From Spirochaetales bacterium (GTDB lineage Bacteria > Spirochaetota > Spirochaetia > JAGLYY01): a stretch of 41,786 nt of DNA. The translations under genes and the position numbers were made by a program. The stretch spans positions 1-41,786 of the forward strand of contig JAGLYY010000002.1 of the NCBI GenBank assembly GCA_023131935.1. Direction: 5' to 3'. This document shows positions 16,111 through 26,488 of the stretch, piece by piece. Within the stretch, counting starts at the first letter, position 1. Every line of letters begins with the position of its first letter. The notes beneath the pieces were generated by a model. It was not told the DNA's origin and searched no databases. It worked only from the letters and a program-made list of their open reading frames with translations.

Positions 16111-18198
16111 CTATCCTTCCAGTCGTATTTCCCCGAGGGATTCAACAGTAACATCCGCGATCACCTCCGGTACCGATAGTACCACGAGATCAGGGAACTC
16201 CCGTCCTGCGCTCTGTTTTACCAGGGGTCTTGCTGCCTCCGAACACCAGATAATCGGGAAGAACCCCTGTTCCTGAATAACCCGGATACTGTTTGCCAGG
16301 ACGTTCATCCAGGAACGATGTATTTCCGGCTCTAATGCCGCCGCTGGTCCTCCGGCAGTATCCACTCTGGAGTCAACAAGAACCTGCTCCAGGGATGGTT
16401 CAATAGTCAATACTTTCAGGACCTTTTTCTCATCGGCATACTGCAAACAGATCTGCCGGCCCAGGGCCTGGCGGGTTTTCTCTACCAGGAACCCGATATC
16501 TTTGGACACACCGCCATAATCCGCGGCGGTTTCAAAAATCGCCACAATATTCCTGATAGAAACCTGTTCGCGGAGCAAGCCTTGAAGGATTTTCTGGATC
16601 TCTCCAAGTGAGAGCACCTTCTGAACCTCATCCACCACAGCCGGATAATCGGACCGGAGGGTTTCCAGAATAGATTGGACCTCCTGACGGCCAAGGATCT
16701 CGGAGGCGTGATGTTTGATGATCTCCGTCAAATGGGTCGCAATTATTGATGGGCTATCAACAACAGTGTATCCGGCCCTTTCAGCCTGGTCCCGGTTTTC
16801 CTCAGTTACCCAGAGTGCCGGCAAACCGAAGGCCGGGTCGGTGGTTGGCTCCCCCGGGACCTCCTGCTCGATACCACCCGGGTTAATACAGAGGTAATGA
16901 CCTATCCGGATAACCCCGCGGCCTACCTCCACCCCTTTTATTTTCAGGCAGTATTCCGAAGGTTCCAGACGCATATTATCGATGATCCGGATTCGGGGAA
17001 CGACAAGGCCAAGCTCAAGAGCAGCCTCCCTCCGGATCCGTGTAATCCTGTCCAGGAGCTCCGCCCCCTGGTCCTTATCAACCAGGGGAATGAGACCATA
17101 CCCAAGTTCCAGGGAGATGGGATCCAGGGGCACCACAGGGGAGATTTCAGCGGGAACTTCCCCGGCAATCTCCTGGGCCGCCGCTGCTTCAGCCTTCTTC
17201 GTTTCTGCCACCTCTTTCTTTGAAAGACGCCATCCGACATATCCGATAAGCAGTGCCATGGGGATGAGCACATACCAGGGGAAACCCGGAAGCACCGCGA
17301 GGATAAGAAGGAAGACAGCGGCGATCCAGTATATCCGCCCCTGCCGGGAAAACTGGATTGCGACATCATGTCCAAAGGTCCCGTCGGAAACTGCCCTCGT
17401 AACGATAAGACCGGTAGCTGTGGAAATCAGGAGAGCGGGGAACTGGGTAACGAGCCCATCCCCTATCGCGAGGGAAACATAGGTTGAGATTGCTAAATTA
17501 ACGGACTCTTGATGAATAGTAGTACCAACAATCATACCGCCAAGAATATTAATCAGAGTAATGAGAATACCAACCTTCACATTACCCGAAACAAACTTCG
17601 AAGCACCATCCATGGCCCCGTAGAAATCAACTTCGCGCTGAAGATCATTCTTCTGGCGTGCAGCCTCCTCCTCTGTGAGACTTCCGGAGTTATAGGCGGC
17701 TTCGATAGCCATCTGCTTGCCAGGGAGCGCGTCGAGGGTGAATCTTGCCGCGACCTCGGCAACCCTGGTTGCACCTTTGGTGATAACGATAAACTGAACA
17801 GAAATAAGGATTAAAAAGATGATGAATCCGATAACAAGACCTTCGGGACCGCCTACTCCAACAACAAAGGTAGAAAAAGCACGGATAATCTTACCCTGGA
17901 AAAGGGACCCCTGGGCAAGAATAAGCCTGGTAGAAGAGACGTTCAGAGCCAGGCCGAATACCGTGGCAACGAGTAACAAAGTTGGAAAAACTGAAAACTC
18001 CAGAGCTCTTTTGGTGTAGAGCACAATCAGAATAACCACCAGGCTCATGACAAGATTCAAAGTCATGAGTATGTCCAGCAGGACTGTCGGAAGAGGAATG
18101 ATGAGCATTCCAGTTACAACTATTACACCTGCCGCGACAAAAAGATCACTTCTCCCCTGAAGCAAGGACTTTGAAATGGTATTCCTCACATCAGCCAT
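16111..18198 (-). CDS. flhA: Flagellar type III export gate protein FlhA
   Basis: 695 aa. N-terminal polytopic domain with the FHIPEP-type segment ...ITKGATRVAEVAARFTLDALPGKQMAIEA..., and a cytoplasmic C-terminal domain. Confidence 0.95.
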   Translation of the reverse strand: MADVRNTISKSLLQGRSDLFVAAGVIVVTGMLIIPLPTVLLDILMTLNLVMSLVVILIVLYTKRALEFSVFPTLLLVATVFGLALNVSSTRLILAQGSLFQGKIIRAFSTFVVGVGGPEGLVIGFIIFLILISVQFIVITKGATRVAEVAARFTLDALPGKQMAIEAAYNSGSLTEEEAARQKNDLQREVDFYGAMDGASKFVSGNVKVGILITLINILGGMIVGTTIHQESVNLAISTYVSLAIGDGLVTQFPALLISTATGLIVTRAVSDGTFGHDVAIQFSRQGRIYWIAAVFLLILAVLPGFPWYVLIPMALLIGYVGWRLSKKEVAETKKAEAAAAQEIAGEVPAEISPVVPLDPISLELGYGLIPLVDKDQGAELLDRITRIRREAALELGLVVPRIRIIDNMRLEPSEYCLKIKGVEVGRGVIRIGHYLCINPGGIEQEVPGEPTTDPAFGLPALWVTEENRDQAERAGYTVVDSPSIIATHLTEIIKHHASEILGRQEVQSILETLRSDYPAVVDEVQKVLSLGEIQKILQGLLREQVSIRNIVAIFETAADYGGVSKDIGFLVEKTRQALGRQICLQYADEKKVLKVLTIEPSLEQVLVDSRVDTAGGPAAALEPEIHRSWMNVLANSIRVIQEQGFFPIIWCSEAARPLVKQSAGREFPDLVVLSVPEVIADVTVESLGEIRLEG

Positions 18199-18234
18199 AA
18201 CGGCACCTTCCAGGTTTATTTTTCATTACATTCC

Positions 18235-19413
18235 TCATGAGACCGCCTCCGCTGTGCGTCCAGTCATCCGGTACACCTCCGTAAGAACCAGGGCCATGAC
18301 TTCATAATATTTTTCCGGTATTTCATCACCAATCTCCACTTCCGAGTAGAGGGCCCTGGCAAGTGGTTTATTTTCAATAATCGTGATATCATTTTCCCGG
18401 GCTATTTCTTTTATTCTCCTGGCAAGATGATCCTGTCCCTTCGCGACGACCCTTGGGGCTGTCATTACCTGCCGCTTCCATTCCATGGCAACCGCAAAGT
18501 GGGTCGGGTTGGTTATTACCACATCGGCTTCAGGAACTCTCTGGATCATATTCCGCGCGAGAATGTCTCTCATCCGCTCTCTTAGTCTGCTTTTTATTAG
18601 CGGGTCCCCTTCATGCATCTTCCTTTCTTCCTTGACTTCTTGCTTTGACATTTTCAAGGTTTCCTTGTGCTTTCTCCTCTGAAATATGTAATCAGGAATC
18701 GAGAGAGCAAGAAGCAACAGAGCTGTCTCAAGCATAATCCTGAAAGCGACTGTGGCGATTGTACTAAAAGCCACCCTGAAGGGAGCAGTACTGAAAGCAG
18801 TAATTTTCGGAAGCTCCATCCGTATATTTAAATAGGCAAGGACAAATACTATTGCTACCTTGCCAATAGATTTAAAAAGGTTAAAAGCGGATTCTGAAGA
18901 GGCAAAGGCCCGTTTAAAAAATTTGCCGAACTTTGGTACGATTTTATTCATATCCGGAGTGATCGGTTTCGTTGTAAAGAGGAACCCGACCTGAAGGACA
19001 TTGCCCAAAAAGGCGGCGAGAAATGCGACAAGGGCCACAGGTAAACAGAGCTTTAGAATATATGAAATAAAAACCGATCCTAATTGATTCAATGAACCGG
19101 TATCTACCTCGGCAGAAACGGTGAAATAGTAAAAGAGCATCTCCAGCATATTGTGAAACATGTATGACCCAAGGGCACCCAGGGTTATGATTCCGAAAAG
19201 GAGTACGAGGGAGGAGGTCAGCTCCTGGGATTTCGCGACCTTGCCCTCTTCACGGGATTTACGGATTTTCTGCTCTGTCGGTTCTTCAGTCCGCCCCTCA
19301 TCCTCCGCCGCGAACCACTGGAGACCCATAGGGAACTTTTGTGTTTCTTCCCACCAGGGAATTCCAACGATCCTCTTTAAAACTTGTTGTTTTTCCACGG
19401 GAGTCAGGATCAC
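18235..19413 (-). CDS. flhB: Flagellar export switch protein FlhB
   Basis: AEDEGRTEEPTEQKIRKSREEGKVAKS and the NPTH autocleavage site (VVITNPTHFAVAM). GTG start with GGGAGG 6 nt upstream, overlapping the fliR stop (GTGA). This gives a 28-aa N-terminal extension relative to the canonical start. Confidence 0.93.
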   Translation of the reverse strand: MILTPVEKQQVLKRIVGIPWWEETQKFPMGLQWFAAEDEGRTEEPTEQKIRKSREEGKVAKSQELTSSLVLLFGIITLGALGSYMFHNMLEMLFYYFTVSAEVDTGSLNQLGSVFISYILKLCLPVALVAFLAAFLGNVLQVGFLFTTKPITPDMNKIVPKFGKFFKRAFASSESAFNLFKSIGKVAIVFVLAYLNIRMELPKITAFSTAPFRVAFSTIATVAFRIMLETALLLLALSIPDYIFQRRKHKETLKMSKQEVKEERKMHEGDPLIKSRLRERMRDILARNMIQRVPEADVVITNPTHFAVAMEWKRQVMTAPRVVAKGQDHLARRIKEIARENDITIIENKPLARALYSEVEIGDEIPEKYYEVMALVLTEVYRMTGRTAEAVS

Positions 19414-20195
19414 TCTGCCCCTCCCATCCTGCTGATTATTCTGGTTAGCTCGTAAAAACTCCCATCGATGATCCTCTGGAATGTTTCCATCAGATAGGGG
19501 ATAAGAACGACCAGGAGGAGAAACGCGACAATAATGGCAATCGGGAAACCGAGCATCAACAGGTTCATTTGAGGAGCAGCTTTTGCAAGCAGTCCGACAG
19601 AAACTGAAACCAGGAAAAGAGTTCCAAGAATGGGAAACGCAATTATTAATGCCTGTTCAAAAAGCCCTCCCATACTATGGAGGAACAATTTGAAAAGGTA
19701 GTCCCTTCCAATAGCAAAATCTACGGCCCGTACGGTTTCGAAGGAGCGGAGGAGTCCACTTAAAAATATCTTCTGAAACCCTCCGGAGGTCACAAAAACA
19801 AGCATGGCTATAATATTTAAAAATTGTCCCATCAGGGGAATCTGTACCTGGGCAAGAGGATCATAAACTTGAGAAGCGCCAAATCCCATCTGCAGGGAGA
19901 AAAACTGTCCCGAAAGGAGAAAGGCTGAATAAATTATTGAGAGAAAGAACCCCATAAGTAACCCCAAGAATGCTTCCCCTACAATCAGAAGGGCGTAGGA
20001 GAGACCGTCACCGGGAAGGGGATAATCCAGGGTCCAGGGCAGTATTAATACGGCGGTCATAAGAGAGAGCGCGATTCGGGCAATCCTGGGTACGGCAGAT
20101 GAAGAGAGCAGTGGTGCTACCGAAAGCATCCCGTAAATACGGGCAAAAACGAGGAGAAAAATCTGGGCATGCAGGACTACTACTCCAAAGATCAT
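19410..20195 (-). CDS. fliR: Flagellar export apparatus protein FliR
   Basis: 261-aa polytopic membrane protein in the conserved fliPQR-flhB position. Confidence 0.9.
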   Translation of the reverse strand: MIFGVVVLHAQIFLLVFARIYGMLSVAPLLSSSAVPRIARIALSLMTAVLILPWTLDYPLPGDGLSYALLIVGEAFLGLLMGFFLSIIYSAFLLSGQFFSLQMGFGASQVYDPLAQVQIPLMGQFLNIIAMLVFVTSGGFQKIFLSGLLRSFETVRAVDFAIGRDYLFKLFLHSMGGLFEQALIIAFPILGTLFLVSVSVGLLAKAAPQMNLLMLGFPIAIIVAFLLLVVLIPYLMETFQRIIDGSFYELTRIISRMGGAE

Positions 20196-20200
20196 CTTAC

Positions 20201-20470
20201 CTATCTCACCATATCAGGGATACGGGACATGATTGCCAGGGTGAACTCCCGCATAGAGGTCATGATCCAGGGACCGAAGAGAGCTACTGCAAGGAGAATC
20301 GCCGCGATTTTCGGAACGAAAGTAAGTGTCTGTTCCTGGATCGATGTTGTGGCCTGGAGAATAGAGACAATAAGCCCCACCCCCAACCCGACAAGGAGCA
20401 TTGGGGCTGCCATGGTGAGGACCTGGAAAACCCCGCTTCGTATGATACTCACCGCAAATCCAATTGACAT
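20201..20470 (-). CDS. fliQ: Flagellar export apparatus protein FliQ
   Basis: 89 aa, two TM helices, ...LIVSILQATTSIQEQTLTFVPKI... Confidence 0.93.
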   Translation of the reverse strand: MSIGFAVSIIRSGVFQVLTMAAPMLLVGLGVGLIVSILQATTSIQEQTLTFVPKIAAILLAVALFGPWIMTSMREFTLAIMSRIPDMVR

Positions 20471-20507
20471 TCTTTAATACCCCCTTAAATAAAAACCTAT
20501 AGAAAGC

Positions 20508-21302
20508 CTATAGAAAACTAGCCACCACCTGTTGCGTTATCAGATACCACCCATCTACCAGCACAAAGAGTATCAGCTTGAATGGAAGAGATATCATTAT
20601 TGGCGGCAGCATAATCATCCCCATCGACATGAGGGTAGACGCGACAACCATATCGATAATGATGAATGGAACAAATAAAAGAATTCCGATCTTGAAAGCT
20701 ACCGTTAGTTCATGGAGGACAAAAGCCGGTATGAGTACATAGGTCGGAACTTCCGAAAAATTCGCGGGCTTCGGCAGGTTTGACAAACGCATGAAGAGCT
20801 GTATGGACCCATGGCTCCCCTGCATCTGGCGATACATGAAGAGACGTAAAGGACCAGCCACTCCATCGTACAACTCCTCTATCTCCATCTCTCCTTCAGC
20901 GAAAGGTTTAAAAGCGTTTTCATAGATGTTGGAAAAAGTCGGCCACATAATGAAAACCGTCAGAAACAGGGCGATTCCCATGAGCACCTGCCCAGGGGGA
21001 ACCTGCTGGAGGGATAGCGCCCGCTTGATAAAATCGAACACCACAGCAATACGGAGAAAGGAGGTCGTAAGAATGATGATTGACGGACTTAAAGTGAGAA
21101 CCGCCAGAAGAATCAGAAGCTGAAGAGACAAGGCAACTTCCTGATTGTTTTCGGCCGGATGGATGGTGAGATCAATAAACGGGATATTGATTCCGGTATC
21201 CGCGGTTGGTCCCGCGGCTTCCTGTCCGAAACCTGCTGCTACCGGAATTAGTAATAACAGTAGTAAAATGGATATTTTTTTCATTCCCCCCCCAGGTTTC
21301 AA
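20508..21302 (-). CDS. fliP: Flagellar export apparatus protein FliP
   Basis: Signal peptide MKKISILLLLLLIPVAAGFG. Conserved ...LTLSPSIIILTTSFLRIAVVF.FIKRALSLQQVPP... The ORF-track start is TTG at 21302. The ATG at 21284 is an equally plausible start. Confidence 0.93.
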   Translation of the reverse strand: MKPGGGMKKISILLLLLLIPVAAGFGQEAAGPTADTGINIPFIDLTIHPAENNQEVALSLQLLILLAVLTLSPSIIILTTSFLRIAVVFDFIKRALSLQQVPPGQVLMGIALFLTVFIMWPTFSNIYENAFKPFAEGEMEIEELYDGVAGPLRLFMYRQMQGSHGSIQLFMRLSNLPKPANFSEVPTYVLIPAFVLHELTVAFKIGILLFVPFIIIDMVVASTLMSMGMIMLPPIMISLPFKLILFVLVDGWYLITQQVVASFL

Positions 21303-21313
21303 AATTTCCCTTG

Positions 21314-21916
21314 TTACAGATTTTTCAGGCGGTCCCTCTGTTTCTTCAGGAACGTTGTGGTAAAATTCGAAGAACTATTTTCATTTCCCACTTCATGACC
21401 CTTGAATATCCCTCCAAGGATATCAACGAAGGGTTTACGCGCGAGATGAGCCTCCGATTTTTTCAACCGAATAGTATCGATAGTCTCTTTGTCAGTGATT
21501 TCCGAAATAAGTTGTACGGTATTCTCAGCCACCCCAAGAAGAAATATCTGGTTCCCCACCTCAACAATATGAAGCCCCCTGGATCCTCCAAGGGACTGAG
21601 AAGAGATCAGTGTGATGAGATCTGAATTTACTGATTTTTTACCGGAACTGCGTTTAAGTAGATAGTAAATAGCATAGATGAACCCCAGGATGCCCCCGAG
21701 GATCAACACCATTTTGACAAAGTCCCAGACCGTGAGGGTCCCTACCGCGCGAATTTCCTGCGGCTCGAGAACTTCTGTTTCTTCATCGATGATTGGCAGA
21801 TCTGATTCAGATACAACGGCGGACTCCTCCGCCGCTCCCTCACCGGCATCCTGTGCCCATGCGCATGGGACTACCAGACACAGTAAACTAATAACTAAAA
21901 GACGTTTAATATCCAC
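21314..21916 (-). CDS. fliO: Flagellar protein FliO (called FliZ in spirochaetes)
   Basis: Signal/TM segment, a second TM (MVLILGGILGFIYAIYYLL), and the C-terminal ...SRGLHIVEVGNQIFLLGVAENTVQLI... motif. Position is upstream of fliP. Confidence 0.8.
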   Translation of the reverse strand: MDIKRLLVISLLCLVVPCAWAQDAGEGAAEESAVVSESDLPIIDEETEVLEPQEIRAVGTLTVWDFVKMVLILGGILGFIYAIYYLLKRSSGKKSVNSDLITLISSQSLGGSRGLHIVEVGNQIFLLGVAENTVQLISEITDKETIDTIRLKKSEAHLARKPFVDILGGIFKGHEVGNENSSSNFTTTFLKKQRDRLKNL

Positions 21917-21983
21917 TTCCCCTCCCCTGGGTGAATATCACTAATATTTTTCAAAAAGCGTATTGCTAATATCTTACTACATA

Positions 21984-23084
21984 TTACGTTATTTCGCTCA
22001 TTCTTTCCATGGGAGAAACGATTTCTGTTACCCGAACACCAAAGTTTTCGTCGATAACTACCACCTCTCCCTTGGCAATAAGTTTATGGTTCACCAGGAT
22101 ATCTACAGGTTCACCTGCAAGCTTATCAAGCTCGATAATCGTACCTTCCCCCATTCCGAGTATCTCTTTAATGAGCCGCTTTGTCCGCCCAAGCTCTACG
22201 GTCATCTCCATGTAAACATCCATAAGAAGACCTATGTTTCCCTGATCTCCAGGAACCCCCTGGGGCATGAGATTCGGAAACTGGACCGACTGTACGTTGG
22301 GTTGACCTATCATGCCGCCGGATTGGGCAAAAGGCTGGCCAAATCCCTGCTGCGGAACTCCAAAACCTGCCTGGGGCATCCCCATGCCCCCCTGCATCGG
22401 AGCCTGCTCCATCCCTGCTGCCGTCGCCGGCTGAGAAACCCCAAGGGCAACGGTAATATCTTTTACTATGGACATACTATAAAATTCATAAATATCCCCG
22501 GACTGCTCACCTTCAATCGTCAGGGGATAGGTAACCTTTACAAAATTATCCATGGGAAATTGCAGATTTGCCCGAAGTTCCTTCCTGGTATCCCCGGGAG
22601 CTGTCATTACCGTTTTGCCTACTTTATCACCAATGGCCGTAACAACAGACCCCGTAATGGTGTTTCCCGCTTCTCCAAGGGCAGAGAGGGCAGCATCATT
22701 CAGCTCGACCTCCTCCTGTCCCATCATAAGTCCAGCTATGTTAACTGAAAGATCGGTAGACAGCAGGTATCCATGTTCCCCGGTCAATCCTTCGGAGAAA
22801 TTTACCCGGATCGCTACAACCTCATCAGGTATCTTGGAAATCATCTGGTCCCGGTTTACCACCTCGATAGAGGGAGCGCTTAGAGCAACAGTTTTCCCAA
22901 GCATTCCTGACAGGTTGGCAGCCTGCGAATCGGTTGTTGAGGACAGGAGATTGGTAAATTCCTGAATCTCCTGAGAGCTTAGTCCACCCTGAGTTTCGGC
23001 TGTGGCGGGACCTCCAAGATCCATTCCACCGCCTCCCTGCAGTAAAGCATCAATTTCATCTTGCGAAAGGGATCCATCGCTCAT
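21984..23084 (-). CDS. fliY: Flagellar switch protein FliY (CheC-like domain fused to FliN)
   Basis: N-terminal CheY-P-binding peptide LSQDEIDALL. CheC-type S-x3-E-x2-N motif (SALGEAGN). C-terminal FliN/SpoA domain ...MTVELGRTKRLIKEILGMGEGTIIELDKLAGEPVDILVNHKLIAKGEVVVIDENFGVRVTEI. Confidence 0.9.
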   Translation of the reverse strand: MSDGSLSQDEIDALLQGGGGMDLGGPATAETQGGLSSQEIQEFTNLLSSTTDSQAANLSGMLGKTVALSAPSIEVVNRDQMISKIPDEVVAIRVNFSEGLTGEHGYLLSTDLSVNIAGLMMGQEEVELNDAALSALGEAGNTITGSVVTAIGDKVGKTVMTAPGDTRKELRANLQFPMDNFVKVTYPLTIEGEQSGDIYEFYSMSIVKDITVALGVSQPATAAGMEQAPMQGGMGMPQAGFGVPQQGFGQPFAQSGGMIGQPNVQSVQFPNLMPQGVPGDQGNIGLLMDVYMEMTVELGRTKRLIKEILGMGEGTIIELDKLAGEPVDILVNHKLIAKGEVVVIDENFGVRVTEIVSPMERMSEIT

Positions 23085-23086
23085 GA

Positions 23087-24112
23087 TTACTCTTCTCCTT
23101 CTACCGCAAGCTCTTCAAAATCCTCTTTAGTGATATCCTCGAGCTTCTCGGTAATCTGCACGGCAACCTTATTCCCTACCAGGCCTGGTCGGCAAAGGAA
23201 TTTCTGTTTGTTGCCAATTTTCAAAATCATCGGGTCCTTTACATTTACATTGGATAAACGGATTACGTCTCCCGCCCGAAGCGCGAGGACATCCCGAACT
23301 GTTAAATTCATGCTGCCTATTTCCGCCCGGACCTTTATATCAATAGATGAAAGCCGCTGCTTCAATATATTCAAATTTTCTGTGGTGGCCCCGCTGCGTA
23401 CCGATGAGTACATATACTGGGCTGAAAGTTTTGAAATGATCGGCTCAATGGTGAGATAAGGTATACAGAAGTTCATCATTCCCTCAACTTCTCCAACCTT
23501 GGTCTCCAGAGTTACGAGAACAACCATTTCCGTGGGAGGTACAATCTGGGCGAATGAAGGATTCACCTCAATATTTCCCAACCGGGGGCGTAGATCGATA
23601 ACCTGACTCCATGCTTCCCGGAGATTGCCGAGGATCTTTACAATGATCCCCTCCATAACTGACTGTTCAATTTCCGTAAGGTCCCGCGAAACCTTACTTC
23701 CCTCTCCCTGTCCGCCGAAAAGCCTGTCGATAATGGCAAAGGTAATCGCAGGATCAATCTCGAGAATCGCGGATCCCTTCAGGGGATCCATATTAATAAT
23801 GCCGAGAGTTGTCGGATTTGGAATGGAACGGATGAACTCTTCGTAGGTAAGCTGGTCTACAGAGGCAACATGGACATGAACCAGACTGCGCAACTGAGCG
23901 GAAAGGGCCGTTGTTGTAAGACGGGCAAATGTCTCGTGCATGATAGATACCGTTCGTATCTGCTCTTTTGAGAATTTGTCAGGCCGCTTGAAGTCATAAA
24001 TCTTGATCTTCCGCTGATCTGTAGCCTTGCTTACTTCCTCTGTTTCAATATCCCCGGTAGAAATTGCCGTTAATAACTGATCAATTTCATCCTGGGACAG
24101 AACCTCGTTCAT
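23087..24112 (-). CDS. fliM: Flagellar switch protein FliM
   Basis: N-terminal LSQDEIDQLL peptide, a FliM middle domain, and a C-terminal SpoA-like domain. Confidence 0.93.
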   Translation of the reverse strand: MNEVLSQDEIDQLLTAISTGDIETEEVSKATDQRKIKIYDFKRPDKFSKEQIRTVSIMHETFARLTTTALSAQLRSLVHVHVASVDQLTYEEFIRSIPNPTTLGIINMDPLKGSAILEIDPAITFAIIDRLFGGQGEGSKVSRDLTEIEQSVMEGIIVKILGNLREAWSQVIDLRPRLGNIEVNPSFAQIVPPTEMVVLVTLETKVGEVEGMMNFCIPYLTIEPIISKLSAQYMYSSVRSGATTENLNILKQRLSSIDIKVRAEIGSMNLTVRDVLALRAGDVIRLSNVNVKDPMILKIGNKQKFLCRPGLVGNKVAVQITEKLEDITKEDFEELAVEGEE

Positions 24113-24132
24113 CTACCTTCCTTACACCGCTT

Positions 24133-24687
24133 CTAAAAATCTACGGTGTTATACTGATAAAATACAATATCCTGAATGGGAGATCCACCCATTACATCAT
24201 TCAGGTTCCTCCTGAGCTCCTCTTTTATCTTGTCTTCATTCGCCGGCGCCAGGTCCGCCTTTGTTTTCGTCCCGAAAAAACGGCGTATGGTATCATGAAG
24301 CTGATCCATCCGTTCTACCAGCTGGGTACTTATCGTGTTATCGTCCTTTTTATAACCAAGGCCGACACTTACAATAACGGTAACCGGATTCTGGTCGCCG
24401 GTCCTCGCACGCAATTCAGGGATGGCTTTGAAATAAGAATAGGTCGGGGGAGGTCCTGTCATTTCGGTCGACAAAGGGATAGCCCCGGCCAGGGGATTAT
24501 TAGCGCCCACAATGTTCATGGTAACGACAACTATGGTAACCACGAAAATAATCGCCGCAAGGGCAAGAGCTGCCCATTTGAGTATGCGTATAACAGCTCC
24601 GGACAGAAACCCGACTTTCTGACCTACCTCAAGACCTTCTCCGCCGGTAACATCTTCTTCCATGAAGCCTTCTTCGTCAGCCATCAT
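24133..24687 (-). CDS. fliL: Flagellar basal-body-associated protein FliL
   Basis: Single TM helix and a FliL-like periplasmic domain (...YFKAIPELRARTGD...VTVIVSVGLGY...). Position is between motB and fliM. Confidence 0.85.
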   Translation of the reverse strand: MMADEEGFMEEDVTGGEGLEVGQKVGFLSGAVIRILKWAALALAAIIFVVTIVVVTMNIVGANNPLAGAIPLSTEMTGPPPTYSYFKAIPELRARTGDQNPVTVIVSVGLGYKKDDNTISTQLVERMDQLHDTIRRFFGTKTKADLAPANEDKIKEELRRNLNDVMGGSPIQDIVFYQYNTVDF

Positions 24688-24746
24688 TCTCTCCTAAGTA
24701 GTTAGAAAATTCTACCAGAAATATCCTCATTTGGAAAGCCCCCAAC

Positions 24747-25478
24747 TCATTCGTGGCCTTCCGAAAGTATCACTACATCTACCCGCCGGTTAATTGCCCT
24801 GCCTTCAGGGCTTTCATTACTAGCCTTAGGTACCGTATGGGCAAAACCGGCGACCTGAAACTGCTGTTCATCCGCTCCGTAGCGGATAAGATACCGCAGT
24901 ACGTTTGTGGTCCTCGCGTTAGACAGTTCCCAGTTCGAGGGAAAGGGACCGTCGGGATCGGTAGGAGCTGAATCGGTATGCCCCTCTATCCTGAATTTCC
25001 GGCCCGATAATTCCTCGGAATTCAATAACATCGTGAGCCGCTGAAGCAGCTCCCTAGTTTCTTCGATATTTACCTCGGCACTGGCCGGGCGGAAAAAGGA
25101 ATCCGCGGAAAGGCTTATCACAAGCCCCCGCTCATCCTCCTTAATGTCTACCATTCTCGTCTTGATCTCCGGCTGGAACATGCTCACTGCCAATTTCCGC
25201 GCTTTATCTAAGGCCCTCCCTTTTTCCATGGAGGGAAGTGTTTCAATAACATTACCAAGTTCCGCAAGCCTTCCGGTTGTCAGAGTGTTTCCGCCCTCAT
25301 AAATACCAAGACCACTGAAAGCGGCGAGTATCAATTTCAATTCTGAACCATCGATTTCAGCGGCGCTGAATAACATTACAAAAAAGCACAGCAAAAGGGT
25401 TACCATGTCGCCATAGGTGAGCATCCACTCAGCTGCGCCCTCAGGGGGACATTTTTTCTTTCTCCGCGATCCCACCAT
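24747..25478 (-). CDS. motB: Flagellar stator protein MotB
   Basis: WMLTYGDMVTLLLCFFVMLF carries the conserved Asp in the TM helix. C-terminal OmpA-like peptidoglycan-binding domain (...GHTDS.P...SNWELSNARTTNVLRYL...NRRVDVVIL). Confidence 0.93.
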   Translation of the reverse strand: MVGSRRKKKCPPEGAAEWMLTYGDMVTLLLCFFVMLFSAAEIDGSELKLILAAFSGLGIYEGGNTLTTGRLAELGNVIETLPSMEKGRALDKARKLAVSMFQPEIKTRMVDIKEDERGLVISLSADSFFRPASAEVNIEETRELLQRLTMLLNSEELSGRKFRIEGHTDSAPTDPDGPFPSNWELSNARTTNVLRYLIRYGADEQQFQVAGFAHTVPKASNESPEGRAINRRVDVVILSEGHE

Positions 25479-25481
25479 TCC

Positions 25482-26264
25482 CTACTCCTTCATGGACTCT
25501 GCCCTTACCGACTCTCTACGGCCCGGGGGCAGGAAGGAAAGCAATTTTTCTTCTAGGATCCTCGGGTTATCCCCCGACTGTATGGAAAGGATCCCCTCAA
25601 TCATGATTTCACGCACAAGACTCTCGTCAGCGTCTCTGTCCTCTAACTTGATCTTTAACGGAATAAGGATGAGGTTGGCAAGGATAGCGCCATACATGGT
25701 GGTAATAAGTGCCAGAGACATTTTCGGTCCAATTGCCGATTTATCTTCAAGGTTTACGAGCATCGCTATAAGCCCCGCCAGAGTACCGATCATACCGAAA
25801 GCCGGGGCAATCTTCCCCCAGCTGTCAAAAAACGTGACCCCCTTGTGATGGCGTTCCTGGAGCTGATTCAGATCATTGTAAAGAACACTTTTGATGATAT
25901 CGGGATCGGTACCGTCAACGACAAGTTGTATCCCCTTCCGGAGGAACTCCTCTTCAACCTCCTCAAGATCGTCTTCCAGGGCAAGCAGCCCCTCTCTCCG
26001 GGCCTTCTCGGAAAAGTTTACCAGGTCGGAAATGATCTTTTCCTCCTCATGAACCGGTACTTTCAATGCAATGTTAATATACTTCATTATACCAAGGACC
26101 CGGCTTAATGGGGTCGCGACCATCATCGCGGCGAATGAACCGCCAACAACCATCAGCAGTGAAGCAACACTAACGTAATTGGCTAAATTACCTCCGGCGT
26201 TAAGAATCGAGAAGGCAATCATTACGAAGCCAATAGCAATGCCAAGTATAGTACCTAGATCCAT
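25482..26264 (-). CDS. motA: Flagellar stator protein MotA
   Basis: 260 aa, four TM helices, and the MotA/ExbB-type C-terminal segment (AFGMIGTLAGLI...ALITTMYGAILANL). Confidence 0.93.
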   Translation of the reverse strand: MDLGTILGIAIGFVMIAFSILNAGGNLANYVSVASLLMVVGGSFAAMMVATPLSRVLGIMKYINIALKVPVHEEEKIISDLVNFSEKARREGLLALEDDLEEVEEEFLRKGIQLVVDGTDPDIIKSVLYNDLNQLQERHHKGVTFFDSWGKIAPAFGMIGTLAGLIAMLVNLEDKSAIGPKMSLALITTMYGAILANLILIPLKIKLEDRDADESLVREIMIEGILSIQSGDNPRILEEKLLSFLPPGRRESVRAESMKE

Positions 26265-26270
26265 CTCCTG

Positions 26271-26468
26271 TTACTCCTCATTCTTAAAAGCCCCAATCTG
26301 CTTCCGGTATTCCACTATCAAGTCAAATACCGACTGGTAGTCCTCCTGGACTACCAGTCGCTTACCGGAAAGCATAATAAGCGTTGTATCGGGGTTGGTC
26401 TCGATGTATTCAATCATGTGAGGATTCACATAAAAGACCACCCCGTTTAATCTCTTTAAAGCTATCAT
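26271..26468 (-). CDS. flbD: Flagellar protein FlbD
   Basis: 65 aa, MIALKRLNG..FYVNPHMIEYIE..PDT.I.L..G...V.E. Conserved position between flgE and motA. Confidence 0.88.
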   Translation of the reverse strand: MIALKRLNGVVFYVNPHMIEYIETNPDTTLIMLSGKRLVVQEDYQSVFDLIVEYRKQIGAFKNEE

Positions 26469-26488
26469 CTAGCCTCTATTATACCCCA

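Noticed and set aside
21286-21293. C8 (G8 on the coding strand) homopolymer at the fliP start region, considered as a phase-variation tract.
   Set aside because: It lies either in the first codons of a TTG-initiated N-terminal extension or, more likely, serves as G-rich SD-like sequence for the ATG at 21284. There is no evidence of frame disruption, and eight bases is short for slipped-strand switching.
21963-22748. Long plus-strand ORFs lying antisense to flagellar and housekeeping genes (21963-22748, 24064-24705, 38140-38904, 8155-8799, 28878-29453 and many shorter ones).
   Set aside because: Each is fully contained in a strongly supported minus-strand gene (fliY, fliL, hslU, cheA, fliK). 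Their translations are low-complexity (S/P/R/L-rich) with no recognisable motifs or SD sequences. They are typical shadow ORFs.
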